Part shown: one piece after another, positions 36,301 through 45,712 of the stretch | Position numbering within the stretch: position 1 is the first letter of the stretch | Layout: each line of letters opens with the position of its first letter | From: a virus | Virus record (IMG/VR): IMGVR_UViG_3300041409_000267 | Location: 3,750-67,749 of that record | Strand: one strand, 5' to 3' | Length of the DNA stretch: 64,000 bases | Program-made: the position numbers and the translations under genes | The notes under the pieces: model-generated | Database searches by the model: none | Seen by the model: the letters and a program-made list of their open reading frames with translations, nothing else | What the model was told of the DNA's origin: nothing

Positions 36301-39300
36301 GCGCATTGCAGAATATTGCCGAAGGCCGCGGTACGGCCGTCGACGCCGCCAAGTTCTTCCGTGAACGCGGCATCACACCGGCAGACCTCGAAAAACACGG
36401 TGTCTCAATGGGCGAAGCTACCGCCGAGAACGGACTCGCCCTTTCGAAACTAGATCCCTACCTCTTTGACAAAGTAGTCAGCGGAGAACTGTCCCATGGC
36501 CGCGGTATCGCCATCGGAAAATCAACCGATAACCCTGCCACCCAGGAAGCCATCTTGAAGTTGATCGAGAAAGCCGAGAAGCGTGGGCGCCGGATCACCG
36601 ACGGCCAGGTGGCAGAACTGGCCCGGTTCGCCGGTCGCGCCAAGGAAACCACCATCGCCGAAGGTGGATTGTTCGGCAACAGCTTCCGCACAGAAAACAA
36701 CGCTCTCGATAAGGCCGAAGTCTCGGACTACATCAAACAAAAACTGTCGCAGGAGAAGCGCGTCTTCGGCGCGGTATCTTCTGACAGCAAAGCTGAAGTT
36801 TTAGGCCAGGTCAAAGGTCAGAACATCAAGGCCGGAGCGAACCAGAAGATTGCCTTAGAAGCTGCCCAGGCCGGAGAACTCTATGATAAGCTGAGTTCCA
36901 GCAGGGGGCCGATTGACGACATCCTCGAAAACGCCGCCCAGCGGATCGCCAAACGCGAAAACCCTGCCACAGTCAAAGCCGATGCCTACAAGCAAGCCAG
37001 AACCGAACTCAGAAAAACTCTCCCCGGAGTCGAAGGACAGGGTACTGAGCGAGTTCAAGAAGATTCAGACCGAAGAAGCGGTAATGAAGAAGCCAACCGG
37101 CAAGCCTCAGTAAAGCCTTCCAGCCTCGAAGAGTTTCGCAACCCAGAAAAAGAAACCAGCGAAGCCTCGCTTCCTGAATGGGTTGATCGCTCGGAGCTAA
37201 GACGCCTCAATAATAGAATTACCGTCCTCAATGCTCGCGCTGCTAAGTACAAACCTGTCTGGGAGAAACCAAATGAGATTCCAGGCGCATACGTAGCAGG
37301 CCCGTCGAACTATACGATGGGCAATAAACTGGACGCTGAAAATAATCGCAAGGCCGAAGCCTTCAGAATCTGGCAGGACGCCACCAAGGAATCTAAGCAC
37401 CTTGAGATGGTGCGTGACGGCTACGTTGCTGGCAAGAATTACGCTAACGGCCAGAAGCGCGTAGCTGGAGCGGTGGAGGCCCGCGAAGCCGCAGCAGGCC
37501 GCAACGCCGAGAAGGTTTCCGCGCAGGGATTTGATACCCGCAAAATCCATAGTGATCTTTCGATGAATGGAAGCTCGAAGCTCCCAGGCGGTCGGGTGGT
37601 ATCAACAGACATAGACTTCGACCGCAAGGATGGCGGCTATCGCTACAAAATAGAATCGCCTCAGGCGGCCACCAAGTACAGCCAGTTTTATTCGTCGATC
37701 TCCAGAATGCAGGGCAGCGGAGAATTGCGAAAACTTCTGACAGCGCAAAGTGAACCGGTTGTATCTGCCGACGAACCGGCACTTCCTGGCATGGCTCCGC
37801 ACATTGAAGCCAACAAGGAATCTGCTGCTGCCACTCAGGGCGAAGACCTCAGCAAGAAACTGACCGAGAGAAAATCCATCAGCTCCAAAACCGGCGAGAT
37901 GGAACGCAACTCTCCACTGTTCCGCGATTCAGAAGCCAGCGGGCAGACAGGATTGTTTGGCGAGAAGCTGCCCACTGACATCAATGAACTTCACAAGCGC
38001 GGCATCATTCCACCCGACACCACGGCAGAAGCGAACCGCAAGGGATACCGGCCCGGACAGACAGTTCCAGATATAACGAAGCAGAGATTGTTTAAAGCGT
38101 GGTTCGGTGCTTCGAAGGTGGTCAAGGCTGACGGTTCCCCGATGCCGGTCTATCGCGGCGACTATCGTGGTGACAAAGTTGGGAACAAATTCAAAGTCAA
38201 CAAAGCGACCAGCGGACGCTTTTACTTTACGGATGATCCAGAGATCGCTTCCAAGTACGCCACTGGCAAGCCCGATCTGTCTAACGTCGAAGAGCACTAC
38301 GGCCAGAACTTCACATTCCCCGGTCTGAAATATCCGCGCGAACGCAACGCCCCGAATCTCGATCAGGCTTGGTATCGCCTGAGTGAAGCACAAAAAGCGA
38401 GCGTCAAGAACGTGGTTGAGAACACCACCATGGACGACGATGGAAAGATCAAATTTGACGCCGGTCAATCCATCTATCCGAATGATCATCTGCCGTGGAT
38501 GGAGCGGCAGCATCGCGGCAACTGGCTCAAGATAGCGCAGGATATCTGGCTCGATTCCGGCAACCTGTTCAACCGGGAACCAGACTTCGAGAAGATAATG
38601 GAGAAGGCCGGACTGGAGACCACCTACGACAGCGCGCATCTTCCGCGCTCCGTGGTCACGCCGGTTTATCTCTCGATCAAGAAACCGCTGGACACTTCCG
38701 CTATCCCGCAAGAAGTAATCTCCAGGCTGGACGAAATCGCAAAGTCCGACCGCAGCCGTCAGGCGAAGTACGGCGTAGACCAGTGGGACAAGAGCATGAT
38801 CACCACGAAGGAATGGGTGAACTTTCTCCACGACGACATAGAAAAAGGAACCTCTCACGCGTGGACTCGCGTTCCGGAAAAAGTCACCAAGGCCCTTCAG
38901 TCGATGGGCTACGACGGCATCAAGGATACCGGCGGGAAGATGGGCGGCAGTAAACACAACGTCTGGATTGCCTTTGAGCCGAATCAGATCAAATCCTCAG
39001 TCGGCAATCGCGGCACATTCAGCCCCGACAGCGACAACATTCTTCACTCCGGTGTTGATCCGATTGCAGCATCCCGCGCCGTGGTTCAAACCGCGAGAGA
39101 CATCAACTATGGCGCTGGCAAAGTTGCGGACTACGTAAAAGACACCGCCATAAAGACAGCCGAAGCTCGGTCAGTAGACGACAAACTCTTTGGCCTGGGC
39201 AAGCAGTACGAAGCCGATGTCCTGCGCGCCATCGAATTAATGAAGCAAGTCGGGCCGCTCTCCACACCGGCAGATCAGGCGGCAATCTATCACCATCTGG

Positions 39301-41162
39301 AAGACTCCAGCGTACCGCTCGATCCGAAGCAGCAAGCCGTTCTCGACAAGATCGTAAAGCCTTTGATGTCTCAGTCCTCGGCCATCCGGTCAGAACTAAA
39401 TTCTGCCGGTGTACCGATGGGAGAAGAAGGCTACGTTCACCGTGTTGTGCAAGGCAGATCGTCACAGCTGGAACGTGCGATGCGTGGCAAGCAGGGAACC
39501 GGCAAAGGGAATGTACTCTCGAAATCGGCAGCGTCACTGAAACAGCGCAAGATGTTTGCGCTTGAAGATGAAGACGGCAACCGGCAAGTAGTCGCAATGG
39601 AAGGCGGCAGAATCACCGGATTCTCGAATGGCTCACCGACCGACCTCGGCGCCAGCCCACGGCTGCATGTTGGCGACAACTTCAACGACAAGAACCGCAA
39701 ACCGTGGACGTTGCAGCAGGCCACCACAAAAGAAATCGAATCGGCCACAAGCCTCAAGTATTACAAGAACGCTCTGGCCTCAGCGGTGACCGATTACCTG
39801 CAACTGCTCCGGGCCAAGCGCGCGAATGATGCGCTGGAATCCATGAAGTCAGACCCCGGCTTCAACCAGATGGCCTTCAAGAGTGAAAAGGGTTCCATGC
39901 CGCCGGATGGCTGGCAACCGGTCAACCTGCCGCAGTTCCGCGATTACTACTTTGAGCCGCACATGGCCGAGGTGCTGAACCGCTTCGCCAAAGAACTCCA
40001 TCCGGACCCAGTGACCTTTTTAGAGAAAATCGGTAATTTCATGACCGCCTCTCTGCTGTTGAACCCGGTACGCCACATCTACAACATCGGCAATCACTGG
40101 CTGGTGGAGCGCGGTGTCTCTGGAGTATTCAACCCGCTTACCTGGCCGACTGGCGCCAAAGCCGGAATGAAAGCCATCAAGGCCGTGGTCAACCAGAACG
40201 ATGATTTTCTCTCGGCGCTTGATCGCGGCGCACCGATGATGTCGCACCGGACCGACATGCAAGCCCTGCACCATGAACTATTCCAGACCATCGTCGGCCA
40301 TCTGGAAAAGAACCCGTCGATCGCAAATAAGATTGCCGAGTTTGTAGGTTATGAAAAGACCGGCCCGGACGATACCGGAGTGGTAAACACGGTGGCTCGC
40401 GGCACCGGACTGCGCATGTTGAACAACCTCCGCAAGATGGGCCAGAAGGCGATGTGGATGTCGAACGACATGATGATGCTTCAATCCACTTACGAGAAGA
40501 TGGCCGGCGGAACCAGCTTCGATGACGCGATGGCGCAGACCGAGAAGCACATCCCGAACTACCGCATCCCTACCAGGATCATGAACTCAAGAGCCATAGG
40601 CGACTTCATGGGCTCACGTCTGGCTTCAATGTTCGGACGCTACCACTACGGTGTCTGGAAGTCTTACGGCGAGATGGCCAAAGAAGCCCTGAGACCTGGC
40701 GCCACAGTAAAAGAGCGCATGCGCGGCCTTGACCACTTAGTCATGCTCGGCCTGATCACGTTCATCATGTACCCGTTGTGGAAGAAGTTGCTGGAGAAAC
40801 TTACCGGCAACAAGGATGCGCGCATGGTGATCTCCGGTGCATCGGCGGCACCGCACTCAATTTCTGAAATTATCAAGGGCAACGAAGATCCCAGCCAGCT
40901 TCTGCGCAACACATTCACACCGGCAATCCTGCCGCAAGCCGCAGCCGAGGCCATGTTTAACCGCGACTTCTTCAGTGGAGCGCCGGTACGCAACCCGAAG
41001 CACAGTGCCGGGAAGCAAGTCATCGACGTGAGCAAGCATTTCATGAACGCGCTCGGCCCGGTACAGCAGTACAACCAGGCCACTCGTAACAGCCAGCCGA
41101 CAAGATCATTCCTGTTATCACAGGTCGGCGTGAGCACCAGCCATCCCAAGAAACACCGATAG
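33378..41162 (+). CDS. Large polyvalent ejection protein (2H phosphoesterase, GGDEF-like, ParB-like and ADP-ribosyltransferase-like domains)
   Basis: PHVTVRYG/PHVTLGY; DADGLKAVNDKYGYKAGNALL...KGDEF; YVVNGHHRV; VYRG...FYFTDDPEIASKYA...PVYLSIKKP...GYDGI...IAFEPNQIKS. Confidence 0.85.
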   Translation: MPPVIDDTKKNAAEDDLGFVAESDDLGFVADKQAQAPAADSRPDFTQEALSGKLAQPAGKPTKLPAEQPAPAAAIPRGRGDVSQAKDGYFPPTDIPIQGVKDIAEGYQGFSGLPVPLKAMPAARGQMPRPVQPQAQVSPEDQEVLTQQENQRAASAAKMIQGAGEVGTVALPGSIAAAPLSTVASIGAGVLSSKAAGKAVHGKVSPEAEDLVRATAFFIPSVLGTAAGVKGASMETPKGKFSAVEALGGKVRAGIARTPDVTSGRVKIGDTQFEVNIPRGGKPAPPPALDEATAAMVQYEQGAGNIPKPPTPVPPGQQFGNKLSGDQIDHLAQTIAKAPPDQQNALIEEAHGRMVSWINDNNGRVFIDGKVVLSKSPDQTEALAAKIINDASSAHDKNQIDLAKANDKAVTAAAKEKEKQSTAQTARPASPAPAPKPVAAPAKIDSTSKTEAPQSQPAAEKPVVQKVEEKPAHEFASTQVNIDPKSELGQQHAQAVVAIPDEHIGPNGKEDTPHVTVRYGLKDDSPEAIAKIKEAASKIAPFEATVGKTSSFPATKEGDSPIIARVEKSPELNALRSAVEGAGNFKEDTHGEYKPHVTLGYVKPEHVAKYEGGNHLEGGKVPVDHIVVSKRDGTSETIKLGGKPVPDLVAQHEATPDLVAEHEAQPERRRDAETRKRLEQMSPEEKDAEIASLRAERTTAKLDNSDGTFTKLPIPSAVAFHEAPPSKAVGMSDADGLKAVNDKYGYKAGNALLLAKAEALKEAGLDAYHQKGDEFLGRGDSTEDVKAKFEKARDILRNREFTVTDADGKQVTMRGVDFSYGTGKDLAEAQAGLHVHKAERKAAGAGARGEFGRISETGSQTADHGGTEEVTHALPEGIPAKGQAGRVPVKSLTLAPKEFQYKLNTNEHGVTNLLSGQKWNDSLAGVVSVWHNPANGKTYVVNGHHRVQLAKQNGQKDLLAQHLNVNSASEARAMGALQNIAEGRGTAVDAAKFFRERGITPADLEKHGVSMGEATAENGLALSKLDPYLFDKVVSGELSHGRGIAIGKSTDNPATQEAILKLIEKAEKRGRRITDGQVAELARFAGRAKETTIAEGGLFGNSFRTENNALDKAEVSDYIKQKLSQEKRVFGAVSSDSKAEVLGQVKGQNIKAGANQKIALEAAQAGELYDKLSSSRGPIDDILENAAQRIAKRENPATVKADAYKQARTELRKTLPGVEGQGTERVQEDSDRRSGNEEANRQASVKPSSLEEFRNPEKETSEASLPEWVDRSELRRLNNRITVLNARAAKYKPVWEKPNEIPGAYVAGPSNYTMGNKLDAENNRKAEAFRIWQDATKESKHLEMVRDGYVAGKNYANGQKRVAGAVEAREAAAGRNAEKVSAQGFDTRKIHSDLSMNGSSKLPGGRVVSTDIDFDRKDGGYRYKIESPQAATKYSQFYSSISRMQGSGELRKLLTAQSEPVVSADEPALPGMAPHIEANKESAAATQGEDLSKKLTERKSISSKTGEMERNSPLFRDSEASGQTGLFGEKLPTDINELHKRGIIPPDTTAEANRKGYRPGQTVPDITKQRLFKAWFGASKVVKADGSPMPVYRGDYRGDKVGNKFKVNKATSGRFYFTDDPEIASKYATGKPDLSNVEEHYGQNFTFPGLKYPRERNAPNLDQAWYRLSEAQKASVKNVVENTTMDDDGKIKFDAGQSIYPNDHLPWMERQHRGNWLKIAQDIWLDSGNLFNREPDFEKIMEKAGLETTYDSAHLPRSVVTPVYLSIKKPLDTSAIPQEVISRLDEIAKSDRSRQAKYGVDQWDKSMITTKEWVNFLHDDIEKGTSHAWTRVPEKVTKALQSMGYDGIKDTGGKMGGSKHNVWIAFEPNQIKSSVGNRGTFSPDSDNILHSGVDPIAASRAVVQTARDINYGAGKVADYVKDTAIKTAEARSVDDKLFGLGKQYEADVLRAIELMKQVGPLSTPADQAAIYHHLEDSSVPLDPKQQAVLDKIVKPLMSQSSAIRSELNSAGVPMGEEGYVHRVVQGRSSQLERAMRGKQGTGKGNVLSKSAASLKQRKMFALEDEDGNRQVVAMEGGRITGFSNGSPTDLGASPRLHVGDNFNDKNRKPWTLQQATTKEIESATSLKYYKNALASAVTDYLQLLRAKRANDALESMKSDPGFNQMAFKSEKGSMPPDGWQPVNLPQFRDYYFEPHMAEVLNRFAKELHPDPVTFLEKIGNFMTASLLLNPVRHIYNIGNHWLVERGVSGVFNPLTWPTGAKAGMKAIKAVVNQNDDFLSALDRGAPMMSHRTDMQALHHELFQTIVGHLEKNPSIANKIAEFVGYEKTGPDDTGVVNTVARGTGLRMLNNLRKMGQKAMWMSNDMMMLQSTYEKMAGGTSFDDAMAQTEKHIPNYRIPTRIMNSRAIGDFMGSRLASMFGRYHYGVWKSYGEMAKEALRPGATVKERMRGLDHLVMLGLITFIMYPLWKKLLEKLTGNKDARMVISGASAAPHSISEIIKGNEDPSQLLRNTFTPAILPQAAAEAMFNRDFFSGAPVRNPKHSAGKQVIDVSKHFMNALGPVQQYNQATRNSQPTRSFLLSQVGVSTSHPKKHR

Positions 41163-41173
41163 GAAGTACCCGC

Positions 41174-41665
41174 ATGTCAGAAGAAGTGAAACTGAAACCG
41201 CTTACCAAGAAGCAACTCAAGTTTGTCGAGTGTTTTGCCGGTAATCTAACCGATGCAGCACGCAAGGCCGGCCTGCCATTTCCAAATGTTACCGGCGCAA
41301 AGATGATGAAGTTGCCAGCAGTAAAGGCGGCGATTGAAGAGAAGAAATCCGCCATCGCCGCCGCGACAAAGGCCGTTGTGGTCGCATCCGGTACGGAACT
41401 CGGTACGGCCATCGGTGTCGCCATCACTCGCGACTCGATCGCGCAAAGAGCTTGGGCAATCGCGCAGTCCGGACCGGACAACATGGGCATGTTTACGAGC
41501 CAGGTCAACGCGCTCAAATTTCTCGGCGAGTTGATGAAGTTCACCGGAGATGCGCAAGAAGGCGAAATCAAGAGCGGCATGATCAAGCGGGCAGACGGAG
41601 AAGTTGAAGTCTATCAGTCGAAGTGGATAAAGCAGCAACCCAGTGAGTACAGTCCAGATAATTGA
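41174..41665 (+). CDS. terS: Terminase small subunit
   Basis: LTKKQLKFVECFAGNLTDAARKAG HTH directly upstream of the large subunit. Confidence 0.85.
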   Translation: MSEEVKLKPLTKKQLKFVECFAGNLTDAARKAGLPFPNVTGAKMMKLPAVKAAIEEKKSAIAAATKAVVVASGTELGTAIGVAITRDSIAQRAWAIAQSGPDNMGMFTSQVNALKFLGELMKFTGDAQEGEIKSGMIKRADGEVEVYQSKWIKQQPSEYSPDN

Positions 41666-43163
41666 TCCTCTAACAAATCATCCATGGTGGCCGAAAACTC
41701 CCGCGCAGCAAGCAGCTCTTGATTGTGAAGCCGAACTCCTCATGTTCGGCGGTGCAGCAGGATCACTTAAGAGTCACACCCTCTGCCTTGACGCCATCCA
41801 GGAACGCGATAACCCGAACCTTCGCGCAATATTTTTTCGTCAAACGTTCCCGCAGCTCAGCGACTTGCTGGAGAAACAGCAGCGTCTTTATCGGCCCATG
41901 CTCGCTACATACAACGAGCAAAAGAAAGTCTGGACTTTCCCTTCAAAGGGAACGGTTTCCCTCGGCTATCTGGATAAAGACACTGACGTCTGGAATTATT
42001 GGGGCAAGGAATTCAGCGCGGAATACTTTGATGAATCCACGCTCCTGCCCGAGTTCCGCGTCCGTACGCTCCTAAGCCGCTTGCGCACCACTGACACGTC
42101 TCTGCGCCCGCGCGCCCGTCTCGGAACCAACCCCGGCGGCATCGGCGCGGCATGGCACATCCACACCTTCTTGCGCGGCCACTGCCCGGTACATGAGCCC
42201 ACGCGCTCCGCGATCCCCGGCACCATCTACAAGAACGCGACATGGAAAAGTGACAACGCTCACATTCCACTGACCACCGCGTTCATTCCCGGAAAACTTA
42301 GCGACCACAATCTGCTTGGCGACAGGTACGCCCAGTTACTGAGAATGCAGTCCGGCTCACTGGCGAAATCCCTTGAGATGGGCTGCTGGTGCGAACTGGA
42401 TGGCGCCTACTTCTCCAACTGGAACAAGGACACCATGCGCGTACCGTACGCCACGGTAGGCGAACGCTGGTGGGACTCGCACTTCATTTCCATGGACTAC
42501 GGCTTTGGCAAATCCTCAGCCTCGGCTCATCTCCACGTCCGAACACAGGACGGCAAGATCAGAACCATTGGTGAGTTCGTTGTGGCGCATATGCCGGCGT
42601 ATGAGTTTGCCAACGAAGTAATCGAGCGGCTGGTGAAGCCGGTTTATCAGGGCAATGCTCGGCGCATTGTCGCGGTATACCTTGATCCGGCCAACTTCAA
42701 AGACATTGGCGACGGTCACACGATCGCGGACCAGATCAACGAGAAGCTAGATCCTTACAACCTGGTCTGCACCAAAGCCTCAAATGACCGGATCGGCGGC
42801 TGGCAGTTGATGTACCAGATGCTTTCAAGCGGCGAGTGGGCCGTAGCCGATACCTGCCCGAAATTAGTAGAAGCGATCCCAACCAGAATGCACGATGAGA
42901 AAAAGCCCGGCGATTTAATCAAGGTACCGGGCGATGACCTCGACGATGTGATGGACGATACGCGGTACGGCATCTATTCGTTTATCACTACGGCCGTAAA
43001 GCCGGACTCAGTTCGAATCGAAGAAGCCCTGGCAGGAATACCGATCGAGGACGCCACTTCCAGAATGATCAGGCATGCCCAGATCACGGCAGAACTGGCA
43101 GTGAGTAAGGCCCCAGTAGCCTTAGGCCGGCGCGGCCTGATGAACGCAAGAAGGAATAGATAG
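41643..43163 (+). CDS. terL: Terminase large subunit
   Basis: GGAAGSLKS Walker A variant, YFDE Walker B, GTNPGG, SMDYG and DDVMDDTRY nuclease motifs. Confidence 0.95.
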   Translation: MSTVQIIDPLTNHPWWPKTPAQQAALDCEAELLMFGGAAGSLKSHTLCLDAIQERDNPNLRAIFFRQTFPQLSDLLEKQQRLYRPMLATYNEQKKVWTFPSKGTVSLGYLDKDTDVWNYWGKEFSAEYFDESTLLPEFRVRTLLSRLRTTDTSLRPRARLGTNPGGIGAAWHIHTFLRGHCPVHEPTRSAIPGTIYKNATWKSDNAHIPLTTAFIPGKLSDHNLLGDRYAQLLRMQSGSLAKSLEMGCWCELDGAYFSNWNKDTMRVPYATVGERWWDSHFISMDYGFGKSSASAHLHVRTQDGKIRTIGEFVVAHMPAYEFANEVIERLVKPVYQGNARRIVAVYLDPANFKDIGDGHTIADQINEKLDPYNLVCTKASNDRIGGWQLMYQMLSSGEWAVADTCPKLVEAIPTRMHDEKKPGDLIKVPGDDLDDVMDDTRYGIYSFITTAVKPDSVRIEEALAGIPIEDATSRMIRHAQITAELAVSKAPVALGRRGLMNARRNR

Positions 43164-43167
43164 CCCC

Positions 43168-43458
43168 TTACAGAAGACCGTCGGCGTTTTGCTCATTCAG
43201 TTCCCCCTTGTCGCCCAAAAGTGCGGCCAATACACAGAAACGACAGCCTTCAACGTGGTCTCCTAGCTTGTGCAGCCTCTCCTCTAGGCGAATTGCATAT
43301 TGGCCCAGCTTTACTTCTTGCTGGCGCGGGCTCATACCTGCAAGCTTTTGCTTCGCCAATACCAGGTCAGAGGCAAGCATTCGCTCGATCTCGTTCCCCT
43401 TTTCTTGAATCGCCATGATCGCCAAATCGCTGACTACAAACTCAAAAGTATTTGCCAT
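43168..43458 (-). CDS. Hypothetical protein
   Basis: Last ORF of the leftward operon. Confidence 0.55.
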   Translation of the reverse strand: MANTFEFVVSDLAIMAIQEKGNEIERMLASDLVLAKQKLAGMSPRQQEVKLGQYAIRLEERLHKLGDHVEGCRFCVLAALLGDKGELNEQNADGLL

Positions 43459-43501
43459 TTACTATTCAATTCCCCCTTGGGGTCGCTTTTTGGGCGTTAA
43501 G

Positions 43502-43693
43502 TTACCTAAAGCGTGCTTGACGTTCAATGCTTTCTATTTCGTCTTCTGCCGCGTGCCACTTTTTCGCTGCGGCCATAGCCTTCTGGAATAATGGGCTTTC
43601 CGTGAGAATGTCGATGTCGTCCATTTTCATCTCGGCAGCCTTCATTTCATCGAAAGCCGATCTCGCTTCTTTGTGTAATTCAGCTAAATTCAT
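43502..43693 (-). CDS. Hypothetical protein
   Basis: AAGGGGG RBS; ATGA overlap. Confidence 0.6.
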   Translation of the reverse strand: MNLAELHKEARSAFDEMKAAEMKMDDIDILTESPLFQKAMAAAKKWHAAEDEIESIERQARFR

Positions 43694-44025
43694 ATTCCCC
43701 CTTGGGGTGAGGTGCGCCGGGGTAATAAATCTGCGACGAATTCAATCGGGTAGCAGTAATATTTTTGCTCATGCGTTTCTCCCGCACTGCAATCCGGATC
43801 GAACTCGTTGAGCACCTTCTTGGATGGCTTGGGTTTCTTGCACATGTTCCAGATCTTCTCCCAATCATCCACCTTTCGCTTGAAGGCGGCTATCTCTTCG
43901 GCCCGCGCCTGTGCCTTATCGACTAACTCTTTCGCGGCTTCATGTGAAGCAAACGCTTTGACAGGGGCTTCGCGGTAATCTTCGTATTCGCCAGAACTGC
44001 GTTCAACAATCCAAATTGTGTTCAT
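43690..44025 (-). CDS. Hypothetical protein (IWIVERSSGEYEDY family)
   Basis: GGAGGGG RBS; ATGA overlap. Confidence 0.65.
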   Translation of the reverse strand: MNTIWIVERSSGEYEDYREAPVKAFASHEAAKELVDKAQARAEEIAAFKRKVDDWEKIWNMCKKPKPSKKVLNEFDPDCSAGETHEQKYYCYPIEFVADLLPRRTSPQGGI

Positions 44026-44576
44026 ACGGTCCCCTCCGGGGCTGAGGTGCTGGCCAAAGCTGCTGCAACGATTGTTTTCAGTTTGCTTCCAACCCATACG
44101 ACGTTATATTCGCTGCTGCCTGGTTTGTCAGTTGGCCGTAGGGTTTCTACTATCTCCCTGGCCAACACGTCTAGCGGGCGCTTGCCATCACGGAGAAAAG
44201 CGTCACGCTGCTCCAATGCATCGTCTCTTTCAGTCCGCGCTTGCAGCAATGATGATTCTGCGGCCTCAGCGCGTGCGGTTGTATCGTGCAACTTTCGTAA
44301 CTGCGCTGGTCTGGTCAGTAGCAATTCGACTATTTCGCCATTCTTGTATTTATCGAAAAGAGCTTGCTTGGCAATATCCCGCTCCGTTAGAAGCTCAGCA
44401 GAGTAGGCCAGCGCAAAATCAACAACATCGTCGTAGTTGATGCCGATCTTGGCGCGTGACTGCTGAAACTCTCTGAATTGCTTGGCGACGGCCTCTCGCG
44501 CTGCCGGCTCTCGTGGCTCGGATTTTTCAGCCCCTTCGCTGATTGCTCTCGATAGATTGCCTATGTCTTCAACCAT
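44022..44576 (-). CDS. Ead/Ea22-like coiled-coil accessory protein
   Basis: ARAEAAE...ERDDALEQRD. Confidence 0.55.
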   Translation of the reverse strand: MVEDIGNLSRAISEGAEKSEPREPAAREAVAKQFREFQQSRAKIGINYDDVVDFALAYSAELLTERDIAKQALFDKYKNGEIVELLLTRPAQLRKLHDTTARAEAAESSLLQARTERDDALEQRDAFLRDGKRPLDVLAREIVETLRPTDKPGSSEYNVVWVGSKLKTIVAAALASTSAPEGTV

Positions 44577-44662
44577 TTTTGCCCCTTTCGATGGCGCGGC
44601 AAATAGCCCGCATGACAGCCTGCTTGGCGGCGAGTCCAGTCAGCACTTTGGATTTTTTCTTT

Positions 44663-44830
44663 TTAGCTTTTGGCATTGCTATCCTCCACAGCCTTTGCGC
44701 CTGCCATGAATGCACGCCAGAGACGGTTTTGTAACCACTCTCCGCTAGGCGAATCGGACTGGCATCGTTCTCCGTCAGGTGATTCCTGCCACTTGTTCCA
44801 CGCTTGCGCTAATTCTCTACCGTCCATCAT
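44663..44830 (-). CDS. Small hypothetical protein
   Basis: AAGGAGG RBS; WLQNRLWRAFMAG. Confidence 0.55.
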   Translation of the reverse strand: MMDGRELAQAWNKWQESPDGERCQSDSPSGEWLQNRLWRAFMAGAKAVEDSNAKS

Positions 44831-45053
44831 CTCCTCCTTCGTCCGTAGCTCTACAGGGGTGGCCAGCAAGTCGATCATTTGTTTGCGCCCTTGTGAAAAT
44901 CACGTCACCGTTTTCGACCGTGAATAGTGGGTCTTCCACGGTAGCAGCGCAGAGAATGCCTTGCTCGATTTCATCAACCAAACGGCTTCCACGCTTGCGA
45001 GTCATGTATTCGATTGCCGCATTAAGACCGGCGTTTTCTGGTAATTCCTTCAT
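44817..45053 (-). CDS. Hypothetical protein
   Basis: Coupled ORF in the operon. Confidence 0.5.
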   Translation of the reverse strand: MKELPENAGLNAAIEYMTRKRGSRLVDEIEQGILCAATVEDPLFTVENGDVIFTRAQTNDRLAGHPCRATDEGGDDGR

Positions 45054-45228
45054 TTCGTCGTATCTCCCTTCGGCTCCGCTTGGGCCGCTATTCCGCATTG
45101 TTTAAGAAATTGCGCATCTTGGTCTGCCAATATCGGCATGGGTTTTTGCGGGACAGGCCACCAAAAAGTAACGTGCTTTCCATCGCGGCGATTTGGCGTT
45201 AGATCATGCAAATACAATGGCCTACGTT

Positions 45229-45447
45229 TCATTGTTCTCCCTTCGGCCTCGCCCGCCGATCAAAATAGACATCCACGTACCACCATGCCCCAGAGGGAAA
45301 GTAGAATATGAAACGGTATCCGGTTGACGGGGCATGTACTCCCAACTTCACACGTCTTAGTTTTGGGCCAAGCACAGCAACTCCCTTACCTGTCCGCCAA
45401 TCGTGATAATTCTGGTCAGACCTTCCGCGGCTAAACTTAACTTTCAC
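45229..45447 (-). CDS. Hypothetical protein
   Basis: Coupled ORF. Confidence 0.5.
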   Translation of the reverse strand: MKVKFSRGRSDQNYHDWRTGKGVAVLGPKLRRVKLGVHAPSTGYRFIFYFPSGAWWYVDVYFDRRARPKGEQ

Positions 45448-45712
45448 ATATACTCCCTCGCGCCAATCGCCACATTGGGTTGTAGAATGGCCCCTTTACC
45501 GCGTATGTTCCGGGCATCTCTTCTATTAGTCCCAATCTTTTCATCTGCCGCAGTGTCGGCCCCAACGGGTAAATTCTTGCCGCGCGCTCAATGTCATGCT
45601 CTCTCATTGGGGAAAATGAAATAGCGGCTTCTATGCGTTCATAGCAGCGAATCCAGAGGTCATGAGAAGCCATGCCTCCACGTTTACAGGCTTGCACAAA
45701 TTTAGTTTCCAT
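45437..45712 (-). CDS. Hypothetical protein
   Basis: GGAGG RBS. Confidence 0.5.
   Translation of the reverse strand: METKFVQACKRGGMASHDLWIRCYERIEAAISFSPMREHDIERAARIYPLGPTLRQMKRLGLIEEMPGTYAVKGPFYNPMWRLARGSICES

Noticed and set aside
37929-38957. Long antisense ORFs (also 22154..22972, 789..1556, 32577..33326)
   Set aside because: Shadow frames of GC3-biased genes; no RBS or motifs
41174-43163. Terminase genes placed after the tail genes as an unusual order
   Set aside because: A comparable order occurs in T7-like podoviruses
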